Shown: piece by piece, positions 9,715 through 20,053 of the stretch
How positions within the stretch are numbered: position 1 is the stretch's first letter
Layout: each line of letters begins with the position of its first letter
NCBI GenBank assembly: GCA_027317865.1
Contig: DAHVQG010000009.1
Coordinates: 64,001 to 128,000 of the forward strand
DNA length: 64,000 bases
Direction of reading: 5' to 3'
From: Bdellovibrionales bacterium
GTDB taxonomy: Bacteria > Bdellovibrionota > Bdellovibrionia > Bdellovibrionales > UBA1609
The notes under the pieces: generated by a model
What the model was told of the DNA's origin: nothing
What the model saw: the letters and a program-made list of their open reading frames with translations, nothing else
The model's database searches: none
Position numbers and translations under genes: made by a program

Positions 9715-10827
9715 TTAAGGTTGGGTATGGGGTCCAGGCGAAACCGTTTGTTGATAAAGTGTCAGCCAATTTGGCGCAATTGCGTCGCTGTCGACATAAA
9801 GTTGATATTGAAATAACGGTAGCGCCCGAATGTAACTCGCTTTTTGCATATTCGATAGCGAGCTGTTATTGAGCGAGCTAAGCACTGTTGCCGAATGATT
9901 CAGATCAATTAGTTTTTGATTGATGTTTGAATGCAAAAACGCATCGATTAATTTATTAGCAAGCGTGCGGTCTTTGACTCCTCGACTGATGGCCAAGAAG
10001 CGGATCCATAAGGCGCCTTTTTCTTTTGGCATTACAAAGCGATAGTTTGGATGCTGCTTTAAAAAAGCCGCCGCTTCGCCGTTCGTCATTTCGGCAATTT
10101 GAACTTGGCCGCTTGTGAGTTGACTCTCTGGCGTGGAGGTAAATGACACCACGTCGCTTGTGATTTGCTGAATAAATTTTGTGAGCTTCGCTGTTTGGCC
10201 GGTGTCAGCCCATGATTTTACCATGGGCTTAAGCTTTTCGAGTAAGTTAAAAAATAGAATAGGGGAATCAATTAAAGAAATTTTGGCCAACCGAGAGTGA
10301 AAGTGCGGCGGTCTGTGTTTCACTGCCATCCCGAAAAGCGCGGTCAGGCTTTTATCAGACCATTGCGTTTGTTTGGGATTAAATACAAAACCGCTTACGC
10401 CCCATGATATGGGCACAAGATAGTGACCGTCAGGGTCAAACCCTAAGTGCTGAAAATCAATTGATACATTTCGCAGTCGCGGTATTTCGTCGGTGTTAAA
10501 CGGCGATAAGTTACGGTTGAGCATAAAGGATGACAAGACAAAGCTCGGTAATTCCACGACATCGTATTTCTGCTTATTTGACAGCAGTTCACCTACAAGG
10601 CTGATATCGGTGGGTTCTTCGGTAATTTGTAAATGAACGTGCAACTGATTTTGCACCATTTTGATTACTGCCGGAGGTAAAAAATTCTTTTCTGCGAGCA
10701 CCCGGATTTCGGGGCCGTGATGTTCGATGTGATGGGCGCGCTCATAATGATAGATGCCCCACCAAGCGCCCCAAGAAAATGAGAATACGGCAACCAAAAT
10801 TACCAACTTTAAAAATCGCGATCGCAT
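9715..10827 (-). CDS. Extracellular solute-binding protein, divergent PotD/PotF-like
   Basis: YDVV.P, DPDGHYLVPISWGVSG, FVMPKEKGALW, ANKLIDAFL match the PotD family. Confidence 0.75.
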   Translation of the reverse strand: MRSRFLKLVILVAVFSFSWGAWWGIYHYERAHHIEHHGPEIRVLAEKNFLPPAVIKMVQNQLHVHLQITEEPTDISLVGELLSNKQKYDVVELPSFVLSSFMLNRNLSPFNTDEIPRLRNVSIDFQHLGFDPDGHYLVPISWGVSGFVFNPKQTQWSDKSLTALFGMAVKHRPPHFHSRLAKISLIDSPILFFNLLEKLKPMVKSWADTGQTAKLTKFIQQITSDVVSFTSTPESQLTSGQVQIAEMTNGEAAAFLKQHPNYRFVMPKEKGALWIRFLAISRGVKDRTLANKLIDAFLHSNINQKLIDLNHSATVLSSLNNSSLSNMQKASYIRALPLFQYQLYVDSDAIAPNWLTLYQQTVSPGPHTQP

Positions 10828-10889
10828 AAGTTAAAAGTTTAGCAGGCCATCTGCGAAATCGTCAAAGAGAGCAAATGGACGCGTACAAA

Positions 10890-12044
10890 TTATTGCCCGT
10901 AAGCCGCAGGAGCGAAGGCCACGTTGATCGAGGCGCCTGCCGGTGGAATCCACGCGCTGCCGACGAAAACGATGCTGTTTGTTGTTGAGTCGTATGTAAA
11001 TCCGCCGTTGTTGGCCGGATTGGTGGCCTCGTTGGGTACATTATTACCGTTTACTGTTACAACAATAGTTGACGGATCGGGGATGCGGTCGAGTTTAAAA
11101 GCAGTGGCTAGTGATAAGATACCGTCCGCGATTGAGGCCAGCTGTGTACCGTAATTTCCGCAGATGTCACCCTTTAGACCCTGCGCGAACGTGGGCAGGC
11201 CTTGGTTCACATCATCAACCATTTGATCGTAGCGCTGCCCGATGATCGAGTTCACCGAACCCGCAGCTAACCGCTGGTCTTGGCAAGTCGTATTTTGAAC
11301 CGCAATAGCTGAAACGTTATAGTTGCGGTCAGTTGAAGTTGAACCGGTAATTTGATCTAAATAGCTCACATAAGACGAAACTGAATCCAACGTTGATGCC
11401 GTATAGTCGTGATCGGGAATTCCGCTTGGGTACATCCAACTATACTCGGGGCGGTTCGCTCCGCTGAAATCATCCTCGTCAGACAAAATAATGATGGAGG
11501 TAAAAGCACCCGAACGTAAAAATCCGGAGTTTAGCGGACTGTTCAAAGCGTCACGCATACTAGAGAATGCGCGTTCATCGCCGCTACCTTCTTCGCCCTC
11601 GGTGGCGTTATCGACATATACCGTATCGAGATTGGTCGTTGAAGGTAGAATCATATAAACGCCCGACTGCGCACATTGCGGACAAATCGCATCGGCGGTC
11701 ATACCATCGCGGAATTTTGCGAGATTTGAATTATTTTGAAAATTCGCCTCTGACAAGTACGCGTCGGTTGTCGTCACGGCCATTTGAAAATCATATTGAT
11801 TGGATTGTGACGAGAAAGCTTGAATGAAACTCTGATAATTAGCGGTCATTTGACTTTGTTCGGGCAACATTGATCCCGAATTGTCGATTACCCACAAGAT
11901 GTCCATTTTCGGGTTGATTATTCCAGTAGACTGTTTGAACGATTGAGAGGATGGCAAAATATCGAAGGTGCTACCCTTATTGCCACAGCCGGCGAGAAGA
12001 CATCCAATGGCCATTATTGCCATTATATAACGATAACGTTCCAT
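10890..12044 (-). CDS. VWA-domain lipoprotein (CglB-like adhesin family)
   Basis: Lipobox LLAGC, MIDAS DNSGSM, AVTTTD, IILSDEDD, C-terminal beta domain. Confidence 0.75.
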   Translation of the reverse strand: MERYRYIMAIMAIGCLLAGCGNKGSTFDILPSSQSFKQSTGIINPKMDILWVIDNSGSMLPEQSQMTANYQSFIQAFSSQSNQYDFQMAVTTTDAYLSEANFQNNSNLAKFRDGMTADAICPQCAQSGVYMILPSTTNLDTVYVDNATEGEEGSGDERAFSSMRDALNSPLNSGFLRSGAFTSIIILSDEDDFSGANRPEYSWMYPSGIPDHDYTASTLDSVSSYVSYLDQITGSTSTDRNYNVSAIAVQNTTCQDQRLAAGSVNSIIGQRYDQMVDDVNQGLPTFAQGLKGDICGNYGTQLASIADGILSLATAFKLDRIPDPSTIVVTVNGNNVPNEATNPANNGGFTYDSTTNSIVFVGSAWIPPAGASINVAFAPAAYGQ

Positions 12045-12130
12045 AACGCCCCCTTACCTTTGGCCGTCGTGGCCGTACCTTGTGTCGCCTCTTTATTTAA
12101 ATAAAGAACACCGACCAAGGTCTATCTTCG

Positions 12131-12157
12131 CTATCGGGATTTATAATATAAGCTTAA
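12131..12157 (-). promoter_or_regulatory. Probable sigma28 promoter of the VWA lipoprotein gene
   Basis: Minus strand TTAAG-N14-CCCGATAG. Confidence 0.5.
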
Positions 12158-12359
12158 ATTCGAAGTTCTTCTCGCAACCCAATGAGTTCATTTAAAGAAT
12201 TCAGCTTTCTCAGCCTAATACAAATTAATTGCTTGATTCGATTGAGAAAAAAAATAGCGAAATTTTCGAATTTTAATGATCTGTCAAAAAGTTCGACTCT
12301 TTTCAAAACCTTTTTAAAAGGTCTAGCATCTTTTTATGTTCTAAAATGATATTCTGAAG

Positions 12360-12577
12360 ATGCCCTTCTCAGGGCCAGAAAGGAGGTGGTGTGATGGTAC
12401 ATAGTTATTCAACCATTTCCACGGAGGTGCGTGTCTCTTAACGAGACAGGCTTTTCGTGTTGCGCGATGCGGGGCGCTTAGCCGCCTGATTTTTTGCAGT
12501 CGCACAACTGAGGCTGGGAGGGCATGAGATGGCTGTCGTAACTGACGGCCAACAGCTCGAGCACCCGGCCTTTTTTC
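12360..12577 (+). ncRNA. Candidate structured RNA containing a 15-codon small ORF (12394..12441)
   Basis: 5' hairpin GCCCT/AGGGC, AGAAAGGAGGTG SD, ORF MVHSYSTISTEVRVS, several stems, final stem followed by a T-tract. Confidence 0.5.
12511..12576 (+). terminator. Intrinsic terminator-like long stem-loop
   Basis: AGGCTGGG(12511-18)/CCCGGCCT(12564-71) enclosing GGCTGTCG/TGACGGCC, followed by a T run. Confidence 0.5.
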
Positions 12578-12598
12578 TGAGTACGAGCGGGGCCGACG

Positions 12599-14932
12599 TC
12601 AGGCAATTTTTTTGGTTTGCTCTTGTAAAGCGTATAATTCATTTTTAAGATTTCTGATTTCGCCACGCAGTTTCTTTTCAATTTTCTTTGCTTGTTTGAG
12701 TTTATCCTCAAGATCCGAACGAATTTGCGAATTGGCTTCAACTTTACGGTTTAAGCTGGAAGCTTCAGTCGTCATTGTTTCGTATTTAAGCATCGCTTCA
12801 TTGGTCTTAAGAATATAAGTTTGCCTATCTTTTCGGAGTTGGTCGGCAATTTCAGTCAGTTTACTAACGGTTTTACGCATTTGCTGCAAGCTGTTTGCGC
12901 TGAGCTCGGATTTTGTCTGAGCGGCGCGACTTGTTTTCTTTAATGCTTCGATTTCGCCAGCAGCACGATCCATTTTATGGGAGAGGTGTTTGTACTTTTG
13001 CTGAGCTTCGTTGAGTTTGCCGGTCAAACTATTTACCTCTGTTTTCAAGCCTCGGATTTCTTCTTGTTTTATTGCAAGCGAGTTTTGAATTTTCTTAAAT
13101 TCGTCGTCCTTCGCCTTTACTATTTCATCGAGGCCCGTGTTGTCTTTCAAAAGTTGCAATTCTTTCGCCGTGAGATTCGCCTGCTGCTGTAGATTTGCAA
13201 CGGTTTCTTTATAGTTTTCAATTTCGTTCTGGCTCGCTTTTAATTGGTTGTTTAAGTTATCCAGCGTATCGTTGTAGGTGTCTTCCGCCGTTTGAAACAT
13301 CTCAACTTTTTCTTCTAGCCCCGTGTTGAGTTTGAAATATTCCGCGTTCTGCTCCTCAAGTTGATTTGATAATTGGCTGTTTTTCTCATTGAGGGCGACC
13401 AATTCTTCGATTTTAAGATTGCTCGCGTCGATGAGTTTCTGAGAATTTTCAAGTTGCGCTTTTAAAACTTCATTCTCCGTTTGGAGCGGCCCGGACTCAA
13501 CAGTAAGGACGGTATCATCGCTTAAGGCGGCACCGTCTTCGCTTGTTACATTGCGAATATCCCCAAGATTTGTAGGTGCATTCTCGCCCGGCGCGGTCTC
13601 AACGGAGCGGGCGACATCATTACTAATAGCTCCGATGTCAGCAAGAAGTTGCGAGTCGACCGCAATATGGTCACCGCCCATATCATCGGTAAGTTTGTTC
13701 GAAACGTTGTGCAATGTATCTGAATTTGCTTTTAAATCGTTAAATTCGACTTCGAATTTCTGAAATTCTTTGTCAATTTCTTTGGCCATCAGCATATCGC
13801 CGCCAGAGAGATTTTTCTTCGCCTGAATTTGAAACACGTACCATTTATCACGAAGCGCTTTAAGTTCTTGGCAATTCGTCTGGTATTTTTTATTGAGGTC
13901 TTGAATTAACAGTTGTTGTTTGATGATTTGGTGCTGAAATATTTTGACGTCATCGCTGGCTGCGGTCATCACGTCATCCAAGTTTAACCGCGCGCTCATA
14001 TATTCTGGAATTTCATCGTACATGCCAACTTGCGGATCTAACGAAATGCGCTGACCGAGGGTTTTTTCAACTTGCCGGATCATCTGGCTGACCGTTTTTG
14101 AAACCATTGCGTGCGGATTTTCTTTTGCAACCTGGGCAAAGGAGGCGATCTGGCCCTTTAGTGAGCGAAGCTTTTTTCGCAATTTTCGAGGGTTAAAATT
14201 TTTGCTCTCCGAATGCGTGTTGAGCTCCAGCATTTCCGTTTCGATAGTTTCGGCCATTTGCTTAAGAAGTTTATTTTCAGGCTGATCGAGGGAGCCTTTG
14301 ATGATAGCGATTTGTTCGCGAAAATGACGACTGAGTCCGCTGATTGTTTCGGGGTCTATGACGTTGTTTTTTGTGAGTTTATCCTCAACGCGAATAAGTT
14401 CGTCATTAATATGAAGCGTACAATCTTCGATAACTTTGCGGTCAGAAAGTTCTTTTATGAGTCCGCGCACGGCCGTTTTTTCTAAGTCCGACACTTCAGA
14501 TTTAATCGCGCGAATGACGTCGCCAATCGGCCCGTCGATTTCGTCTTCGACGGTGATTTTGCCGAAATCTTGCGCGGGCGATGAAAGGGATTTTAATTTA
14601 TATTCAGATTGATCCGGCAGGCCTTCGATTTTGCCATAGTCTTTATTTTCTAGAATTTCTTTACGATAAACCTCTCCTTCTTCTGAAGTTAAGAAATTAT
14701 CGAGATAGCCAAAATAGGTTTGTTTGTCTTCGACGCGCACGTAAATCTTATCCATCGAGTGGCCCTGAAGCTTTTCAAATTTATTTTGCGATAAAGTTTC
14801 ATTTTTGCGCACCCAGAGGATGATCCGATTGCTTTGCCGAAGTAAAATATAACAGTCAAAAGATAACGGATGCTCCGGGCGAAGACATTTGACGTAAACC
14901 GGAAAGAATTCTTCGCTTCTGAATTCGGACAT
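12599..14932 (-). CDS. Large coiled-coil protein with an N-terminal domain like that of HD-GYP proteins
   Basis: 777 aa, long heptad-rich C-terminal half; first ~80 aa align by eye with the N-terminus of 2043..2990. Confidence 0.7.
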   Translation of the reverse strand: MSEFRSEEFFPVYVKCLRPEHPLSFDCYILLRQSNRIILWVRKNETLSQNKFEKLQGHSMDKIYVRVEDKQTYFGYLDNFLTSEEGEVYRKEILENKDYGKIEGLPDQSEYKLKSLSSPAQDFGKITVEDEIDGPIGDVIRAIKSEVSDLEKTAVRGLIKELSDRKVIEDCTLHINDELIRVEDKLTKNNVIDPETISGLSRHFREQIAIIKGSLDQPENKLLKQMAETIETEMLELNTHSESKNFNPRKLRKKLRSLKGQIASFAQVAKENPHAMVSKTVSQMIRQVEKTLGQRISLDPQVGMYDEIPEYMSARLNLDDVMTAASDDVKIFQHQIIKQQLLIQDLNKKYQTNCQELKALRDKWYVFQIQAKKNLSGGDMLMAKEIDKEFQKFEVEFNDLKANSDTLHNVSNKLTDDMGGDHIAVDSQLLADIGAISNDVARSVETAPGENAPTNLGDIRNVTSEDGAALSDDTVLTVESGPLQTENEVLKAQLENSQKLIDASNLKIEELVALNEKNSQLSNQLEEQNAEYFKLNTGLEEKVEMFQTAEDTYNDTLDNLNNQLKASQNEIENYKETVANLQQQANLTAKELQLLKDNTGLDEIVKAKDDEFKKIQNSLAIKQEEIRGLKTEVNSLTGKLNEAQQKYKHLSHKMDRAAGEIEALKKTSRAAQTKSELSANSLQQMRKTVSKLTEIADQLRKDRQTYILKTNEAMLKYETMTTEASSLNRKVEANSQIRSDLEDKLKQAKKIEKKLRGEIRNLKNELYALQEQTKKIA

Positions 14933-15181
14933 TTCACCACCGTCAGATTATTCTTTCGGTATTTGTAGCGTGCCGCGATAGGGGATTGTTGCATTTATTG
15001 TACTGCAATAGACGTAAGACCAGCGGTCTGACGGCGGTTTTATCTGCGCTGTTTTGCTTTACCAGGGTTTCAAAATGCACATACGCGGCTGTGAACGTGG
15101 GCAACAATTTCAAAAAATGCCATTCTTCTAGACAAAACGGCTGGCGTTATGGCTCATTAAGGTCATCTCCGGGGGGGGGAT

Positions 15182-15868
15182 ATGGGTAAGATTATTGCGA
15201 TATTCGTGGTGGTATTTTCAGCAATCTCTGCGCCGGGTTTAAACTCCAGTGCACGTGAACCGGGATCATTTCGTTTAACAAAGGAGCTGAAGACTGAACC
15301 GATTGTCGGTCCGGATTGGACTCGCGCTTTTATTCAAAAGCATTACCATATACAGTTTCTAGCGTTCGGATTGACAGACGCAATGCAAATTCTTGTCAAT
15401 GAGACGCCGTTCGGTGGGGTTTCAAATTTATTATACGATATCTACGACAAATCGAGCCCGACAGAAATTCGCTTAGCAGCTAACGTGTGCCTGACTTTGC
15501 ATAATACCTGGGAGCAAATTGTTTGCGCCCATAAAGCGGCTGAGAAAATCGGTTATGCGAACCCGAATTTTGACGTAAAAGGGCTTTGTCGCGTACTGGC
15601 TTTAGCGTTTCGATCGGTGATGAACGAAATCAATAACCCGAATGTATTTGTCGGGCAAATAGGCATTATAGCACGTGACCAAAGCGGCAATATTTGGGGG
15701 CACAACCTTGATCGCATTACAGTGCGGTCTGTAACCGGCATGACTTATGCGTACGCGGTCGATGATGAGTCGGGTAACGGGCCGATCGTCATCTATCCGC
15801 TTTCTTTATCGGCGAAACAGTTCAAAAAAAGGTATGGGTCTCTGCTCCCGCACCTTTCGAACTTTTGA
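15182..15868 (+). CDS. Secreted protein, possible transglutaminase-like cysteine protease
   Basis: Signal peptide; GLCRVLA ... WGHN ... YAVDD gives a Cys-His-Asp order. Confidence 0.5.
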   Translation: MGKIIAIFVVVFSAISAPGLNSSAREPGSFRLTKELKTEPIVGPDWTRAFIQKHYHIQFLAFGLTDAMQILVNETPFGGVSNLLYDIYDKSSPTEIRLAANVCLTLHNTWEQIVCAHKAAEKIGYANPNFDVKGLCRVLALAFRSVMNEINNPNVFVGQIGIIARDQSGNIWGHNLDRITVRSVTGMTYAYAVDDESGNGPIVIYPLSLSAKQFKKRYGSLLPHLSNF

Positions 15869-15988
15869 TGTCACATAAATTGTGGGTGAGTTAACTCATC
15901 AAGATTGTCAAAATTATATTTAAAGTGAAGAATTATAATTGTCGGCGCTTGTTTTGGTTCATGAAATAAAATTGTAAGGGAGGGCAAA

Positions 15989-16540
15989 TTGAAAATATGG
16001 TTGAGTAGCCTTTTATTATTCACCTTGACGGCGACAACGGCCATGGCATGGCCAAGAGTTGGCGACGATGCACACTACCTCATGAGCACGACCGGGGGGC
16101 CTGTGCCGATGAGCGGTACGGCCGAATTGACTGTAACGGGAATCGACGCCAGTCAAAATCTTATTCGTATTCGCATGACAGCGTATATTGCCGGTTACAC
16201 CGAGTCGAAAGAAGCCATCGATAAACTCAGCGATGCTAAAAATCTGGCTAAATTGGTACCGGAACTCGTCGCTCATTGCGACGCTCACAACGGTACTTCC
16301 GTTCAACTTGCCACTCCTGCCGGAGTTTTTTCGACCTGTAAAATTTCATCAGATCAGGGAGATAAAGTGGTCACAACTTGGTATGCCAATGTTGTTTTTG
16401 GATATGCCAAACAAACAGTATTGACTCGCACGGCGGGGATTACGCAAGCGATGATTTTGCAGTCATTTACTAACGGCACAAATTCCGGATTGCCGCACAA
16501 ATCGAGTTGTGACCGTGACGGCGGGCTGAAGCTTAAATAA
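15989..16540 (+). CDS. Secreted hypothetical protein
   Basis: GGAGGG RBS, TTG start, signal peptide ending AMA, TPAGVFSTC motif. Confidence 0.7.
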   Translation: MKIWLSSLLLFTLTATTAMAWPRVGDDAHYLMSTTGGPVPMSGTAELTVTGIDASQNLIRIRMTAYIAGYTESKEAIDKLSDAKNLAKLVPELVAHCDAHNGTSVQLATPAGVFSTCKISSDQGDKVVTTWYANVVFGYAKQTVLTRTAGITQAMILQSFTNGTNSGLPHKSSCDRDGGLKLK

Positions 16541-16547
16541 ACGGGTA

Positions 16548-16748
16548 TTATTTGTTATTGGATTTAACGAGTCGATTGTTGGGCTGCGGTGGATTGTGAC
16601 TCACAACGTTCGGCTTAGACGGTACAGTAGCTGAAGCCTTTGGGTGGATGGACAAAATAGCCATTACGACGATCCCGACGAAAACTGCGACCATAATCCA
16701 AAAAAAAATGTAATCGCGAGAATTATTATTCACGTTTTTCATCTCCAT
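16548..16748 (-). CDS. Small single-pass membrane protein
   Basis: One hydrophobic helix; AAGGA upstream. Confidence 0.5.
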   Translation of the reverse strand: MEMKNVNNNSRDYIFFWIMVAVFVGIVVMAILSIHPKASATVPSKPNVVSHNPPQPNNRLVKSNNK

Positions 16749-16821
16749 ACTAGAATCCTTTTAAACTCCGGCGGCGCTTAAGTCGACTGAATTGTTAATT
16801 TCGTCAATTCCTTCAAATCAG

Positions 16822-17253
16822 TCATCGTCGAATCCATTTGATATTCACGTCGTCGGCCCAATGTAGAAAAATTTTAGAGAAATGACGGAATTCGCCGAGA
16901 TTTGAAGTAACAAGTGTTGAGATCACAGTCAGGGTAGCGGCTTCGTCTTGACTACCATAAAAAAGCTCCGCAGCCCCGAAGTCTTGGTTTACCTCTGTTA
17001 AGTCAAACCATACCGGCTCAGATACGCTTTTTATGTCATCCTCCAAATATCCAAAATCATTTTGGGCCACAACTTTTTTTATAGTTGATTCGAAGTCATT
17101 GAACGTAGTGAACGCGTGAAATACCAAATATAGCGACGGCGATTTGCCATTGGCCGTTGAGGTGTCGAACCAAAACTCAAGAATGTCTTGCCCTTGCGAA
17201 ACTGGCAAAAATTGTTTTATTGCCGCTTCTAGTCGGCCCCATTCGTTCTTCAT
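16822..17253 (-). CDS. Hypothetical protein
   Basis: ~143 aa ORF with globular composition, no competing long ORF. Confidence 0.6.
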   Translation of the reverse strand: MKNEWGRLEAAIKQFLPVSQGQDILEFWFDTSTANGKSPSLYLVFHAFTTFNDFESTIKKVVAQNDFGYLEDDIKSVSEPVWFDLTEVNQDFGAAELFYGSQDEAATLTVISTLVTSNLGEFRHFSKIFLHWADDVNIKWIRR

Positions 17254-17587
17254 ATTTAGACTTTGCAATGTAACAGACTTATGTGCTGTACGCCAACCTG
17301 CCTGTTCAACGAATTAATCTATGCTGTAATTTTCAAGGTGTCCAGAGGACGCATTTCGAGCCGCCGCAATCAGATAGTTGGACGCACGAAAGGTCCGCTG
17401 CTTTGATTTGTTCAGCTAGAGTCTCGTCGACGCATAAGTGCGCCATAAGTAAGCTATGAATGGTGCGAAAATGCGCCACTTGGCATGTCCAAATTAAGAA
17501 TACCTATAATTGTACGGTGAATTTTGTCTCCACGATTGATTTCATGTATATTTTGTCTATGGCAGAAATTTAAAGTGAGTGAAAGAC

Positions 17588-18487
17588 ATGAAACGAGCTG
17601 CAACTCTAATCATAATGATGACCGCAATGAGTTTTTGGATGCCCGGGACCGCATTTGCAACACCGGCGTCAGACACGGGCAATCACGCTGCTTTACAATT
17701 GACTGAAGAACTTCAGAATTGTAACCGCATTTTAAACTCGGGGAGTGACAAACCTCTTCTCGCATTTATTAGAATGTTTACTGATTACGTTCCGGTCGTA
17801 TTGGAGCATCCAGATGATAGCGCGGCTAAACGGTTTGCAAAATTTAGCGGCCGCTACGGGATGCTCGCATTTCTGACGCGTCAACCAAACGGCGAGTATG
17901 AAGTTGTTGTTGGTAACCCAAATGAGAAAATGGAAGCCGGTAAGCGGGTCGTGATTACTCAAGTCGACGGTCATGTCATTCGAATTCCTTTGGAAAGCAT
18001 TTTTGCATTTACCGCTAAAGACACGCAAAATCGCACTATATTTTTTAATCATACGTTTCCGGTTGCGCATACGGGCCACCAAAATTCGTGGAAGTCCAAT
18101 CGTTATGTGCAAACATTATTTGCCGAGGCGGTCTCCGCTCCAAAGGGGGATGTGAATTTACAAAAGCGAATCAATAAATATTTTCGCTGGTTGAACAGTT
18201 TAGCGAAGCGAAATAAACAACTTGCCGTACTCGTTCGAGAAGCGCCATCGCGCGGAGAAGTCTTATTGATCGGTGTTGTTGTGCCTGTGCTAAGCCAAGT
18301 AAACGGTTACAGTGCCATTGAGGCTCTCGATATAAAATCGCCCAGCGGATTAGTGACCCGGTATTCGATCGCACACAGTCAGTACGCAACTGGGGTTATA
18401 ATGATGACCAATGATCCGATAAGCAAGTTGACAGCCAAGACCGAGTCTCAACTGCAATACGATTTTAATAAACTTCAATTGAGATGA
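17588..18487 (+). CDS. Secreted hypothetical protein
   Basis: Signal peptide ending AFA, CNRIL motif near the mature N-terminus. Confidence 0.7.
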   Translation: MKRAATLIIMMTAMSFWMPGTAFATPASDTGNHAALQLTEELQNCNRILNSGSDKPLLAFIRMFTDYVPVVLEHPDDSAAKRFAKFSGRYGMLAFLTRQPNGEYEVVVGNPNEKMEAGKRVVITQVDGHVIRIPLESIFAFTAKDTQNRTIFFNHTFPVAHTGHQNSWKSNRYVQTLFAEAVSAPKGDVNLQKRINKYFRWLNSLAKRNKQLAVLVREAPSRGEVLLIGVVVPVLSQVNGYSAIEALDIKSPSGLVTRYSIAHSQYATGVIMMTNDPISKLTAKTESQLQYDFNKLQLR

Positions 18488-18628
18488 CCTAGGCGTGCCT
18501 TAGACTCTCGTCTAAATTATTACGGTTAAAATAAAAACGTCATTGCGACACAAGACATACGTCTGTCGCAGATATGCCGCGGCACTGTTATAAAAATGGC
18601 CAACGGTAAATGGCGTGATATCCTAAAG

Positions 18629-19966
18629 ATGATGAAACGATTCAATTGGGCAAGCCGCCCCGTTTTACTAGCCTTCTTAATACTAAATATTTTCACTTTA
18701 TGTGGATTTAAGCCGCTTAAAGTACTAACGCTCAATTTTAATTCCGAAATTGTGCCAAGCGATTCGCACAGCCACCTGCGGGATTTACGTTTTCACGCGC
18801 TCAGCGACTGGATTCGAAAAAATAATCCCGACATTATTTTACTCCAAGAAGCGTGGAATTATCATGATGATCCGTCGGTAGCGGTCACTCTTGCCCGCGA
18901 ACTGGGTTACACAGTCGCTTATCGCCTCGGCATGGGCGTGACGGGGTATCTCGTCGACAGCGACGCGATACTTGCGAAAAAAAGTTTGAAGATGACGAAC
19001 GAAAAAGACCTCAAATTGCCTCATAGCGCGTTTGAGCTTGGCGACGGCAAATCATGGGTCATTTGCTTTGGCTCCGTCAGTTGGGCGGTCGGAGTGACCA
19101 TGACCGGCCCGGACGGTAAGCCGCTTTTTGTTTATAGTACCCATCTCATCGGCTCGACACTTCGCGATCGCGCCGATCAAGCTCGCGCAATATATAATGA
19201 CGTTCGAAAACGAGCTGCGAAAGCTGGCGTAAATTGGCAGAACGCACACGTTATTATTGGCGGCGATTTCAATTCTCAGCCATGGGACCCGGCGCCGGGG
19301 GTTTTTAAGCACGCCGGTTTTTTAGATAGTTTTGCCTTTGACCATCCTGATAATCAGAGCTGCAGCAATTGCGCTAATTACACGCAACCCTATTTTAATC
19401 CTACGACACTTGGCGGGGATATGGTTCCGTCGCAAAATAGTTTAACGAGTGATCCGCGGTTTGATTATATTTTTAGTCGTGGCCAGGATCTTAAACCCCT
19501 GGCGAGCACTCTCGTGTTTACTGGTCCTATCGACGGAGCCTGGATGAGCGATCACTACGGAATTTTTTCGGCATTCGGCCCGGCGAATTCGCCTGCTATC
19601 CCTGATCCTGTACACGATACAGTTTTACCTGAACCGGATCCGCAAGTAATAAATGTAACTGATCGAGATCTCTATTGTAATGATTCTTCTAGTTTTGCCT
19701 GTCGCGTACATCTTGCGCCGATCCATCCCGTCATTGGCGCAACGGGCGTGGTCATTCACAACAGTTCAGATTTCGTCATTTCGGTTCACTTTTTTGGCAG
19801 GGGTGAAATCTTCACATCTCCACATGCTTCTCTAAACCCAAACCAATCCGCTGCCTTTACTTTTAAATCACCAGGTAGTTACCGTTACACGGTCGGAGCG
19901 GTCACTGTCGACAATAATTACGATGCTCGTGCAATGGGCAACCTAACCGTGTCGTCTGGTTATTAA
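18629..19966 (+). CDS. Secreted endonuclease/exonuclease/phosphatase (EEP) family protein
   Basis: VLTLN, LLQE, STHL, GGDFNS, DYIF, SDHYG motifs; Pro linker and a C-terminal beta domain. Confidence 0.85.
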   Translation: MMKRFNWASRPVLLAFLILNIFTLCGFKPLKVLTLNFNSEIVPSDSHSHLRDLRFHALSDWIRKNNPDIILLQEAWNYHDDPSVAVTLARELGYTVAYRLGMGVTGYLVDSDAILAKKSLKMTNEKDLKLPHSAFELGDGKSWVICFGSVSWAVGVTMTGPDGKPLFVYSTHLIGSTLRDRADQARAIYNDVRKRAAKAGVNWQNAHVIIGGDFNSQPWDPAPGVFKHAGFLDSFAFDHPDNQSCSNCANYTQPYFNPTTLGGDMVPSQNSLTSDPRFDYIFSRGQDLKPLASTLVFTGPIDGAWMSDHYGIFSAFGPANSPAIPDPVHDTVLPEPDPQVINVTDRDLYCNDSSSFACRVHLAPIHPVIGATGVVIHNSSDFVISVHFFGRGEIFTSPHASLNPNQSAAFTFKSPGSYRYTVGAVTVDNNYDARAMGNLTVSSGY

Positions 19967-20053
19967 GTAATATAGAACTATAATTCAGCCGTCCCTTCCT
20001 GGCATTTGACATTTAAAAATATTGTATCAATTTAGCAGTTAGGAGGCGTCACC

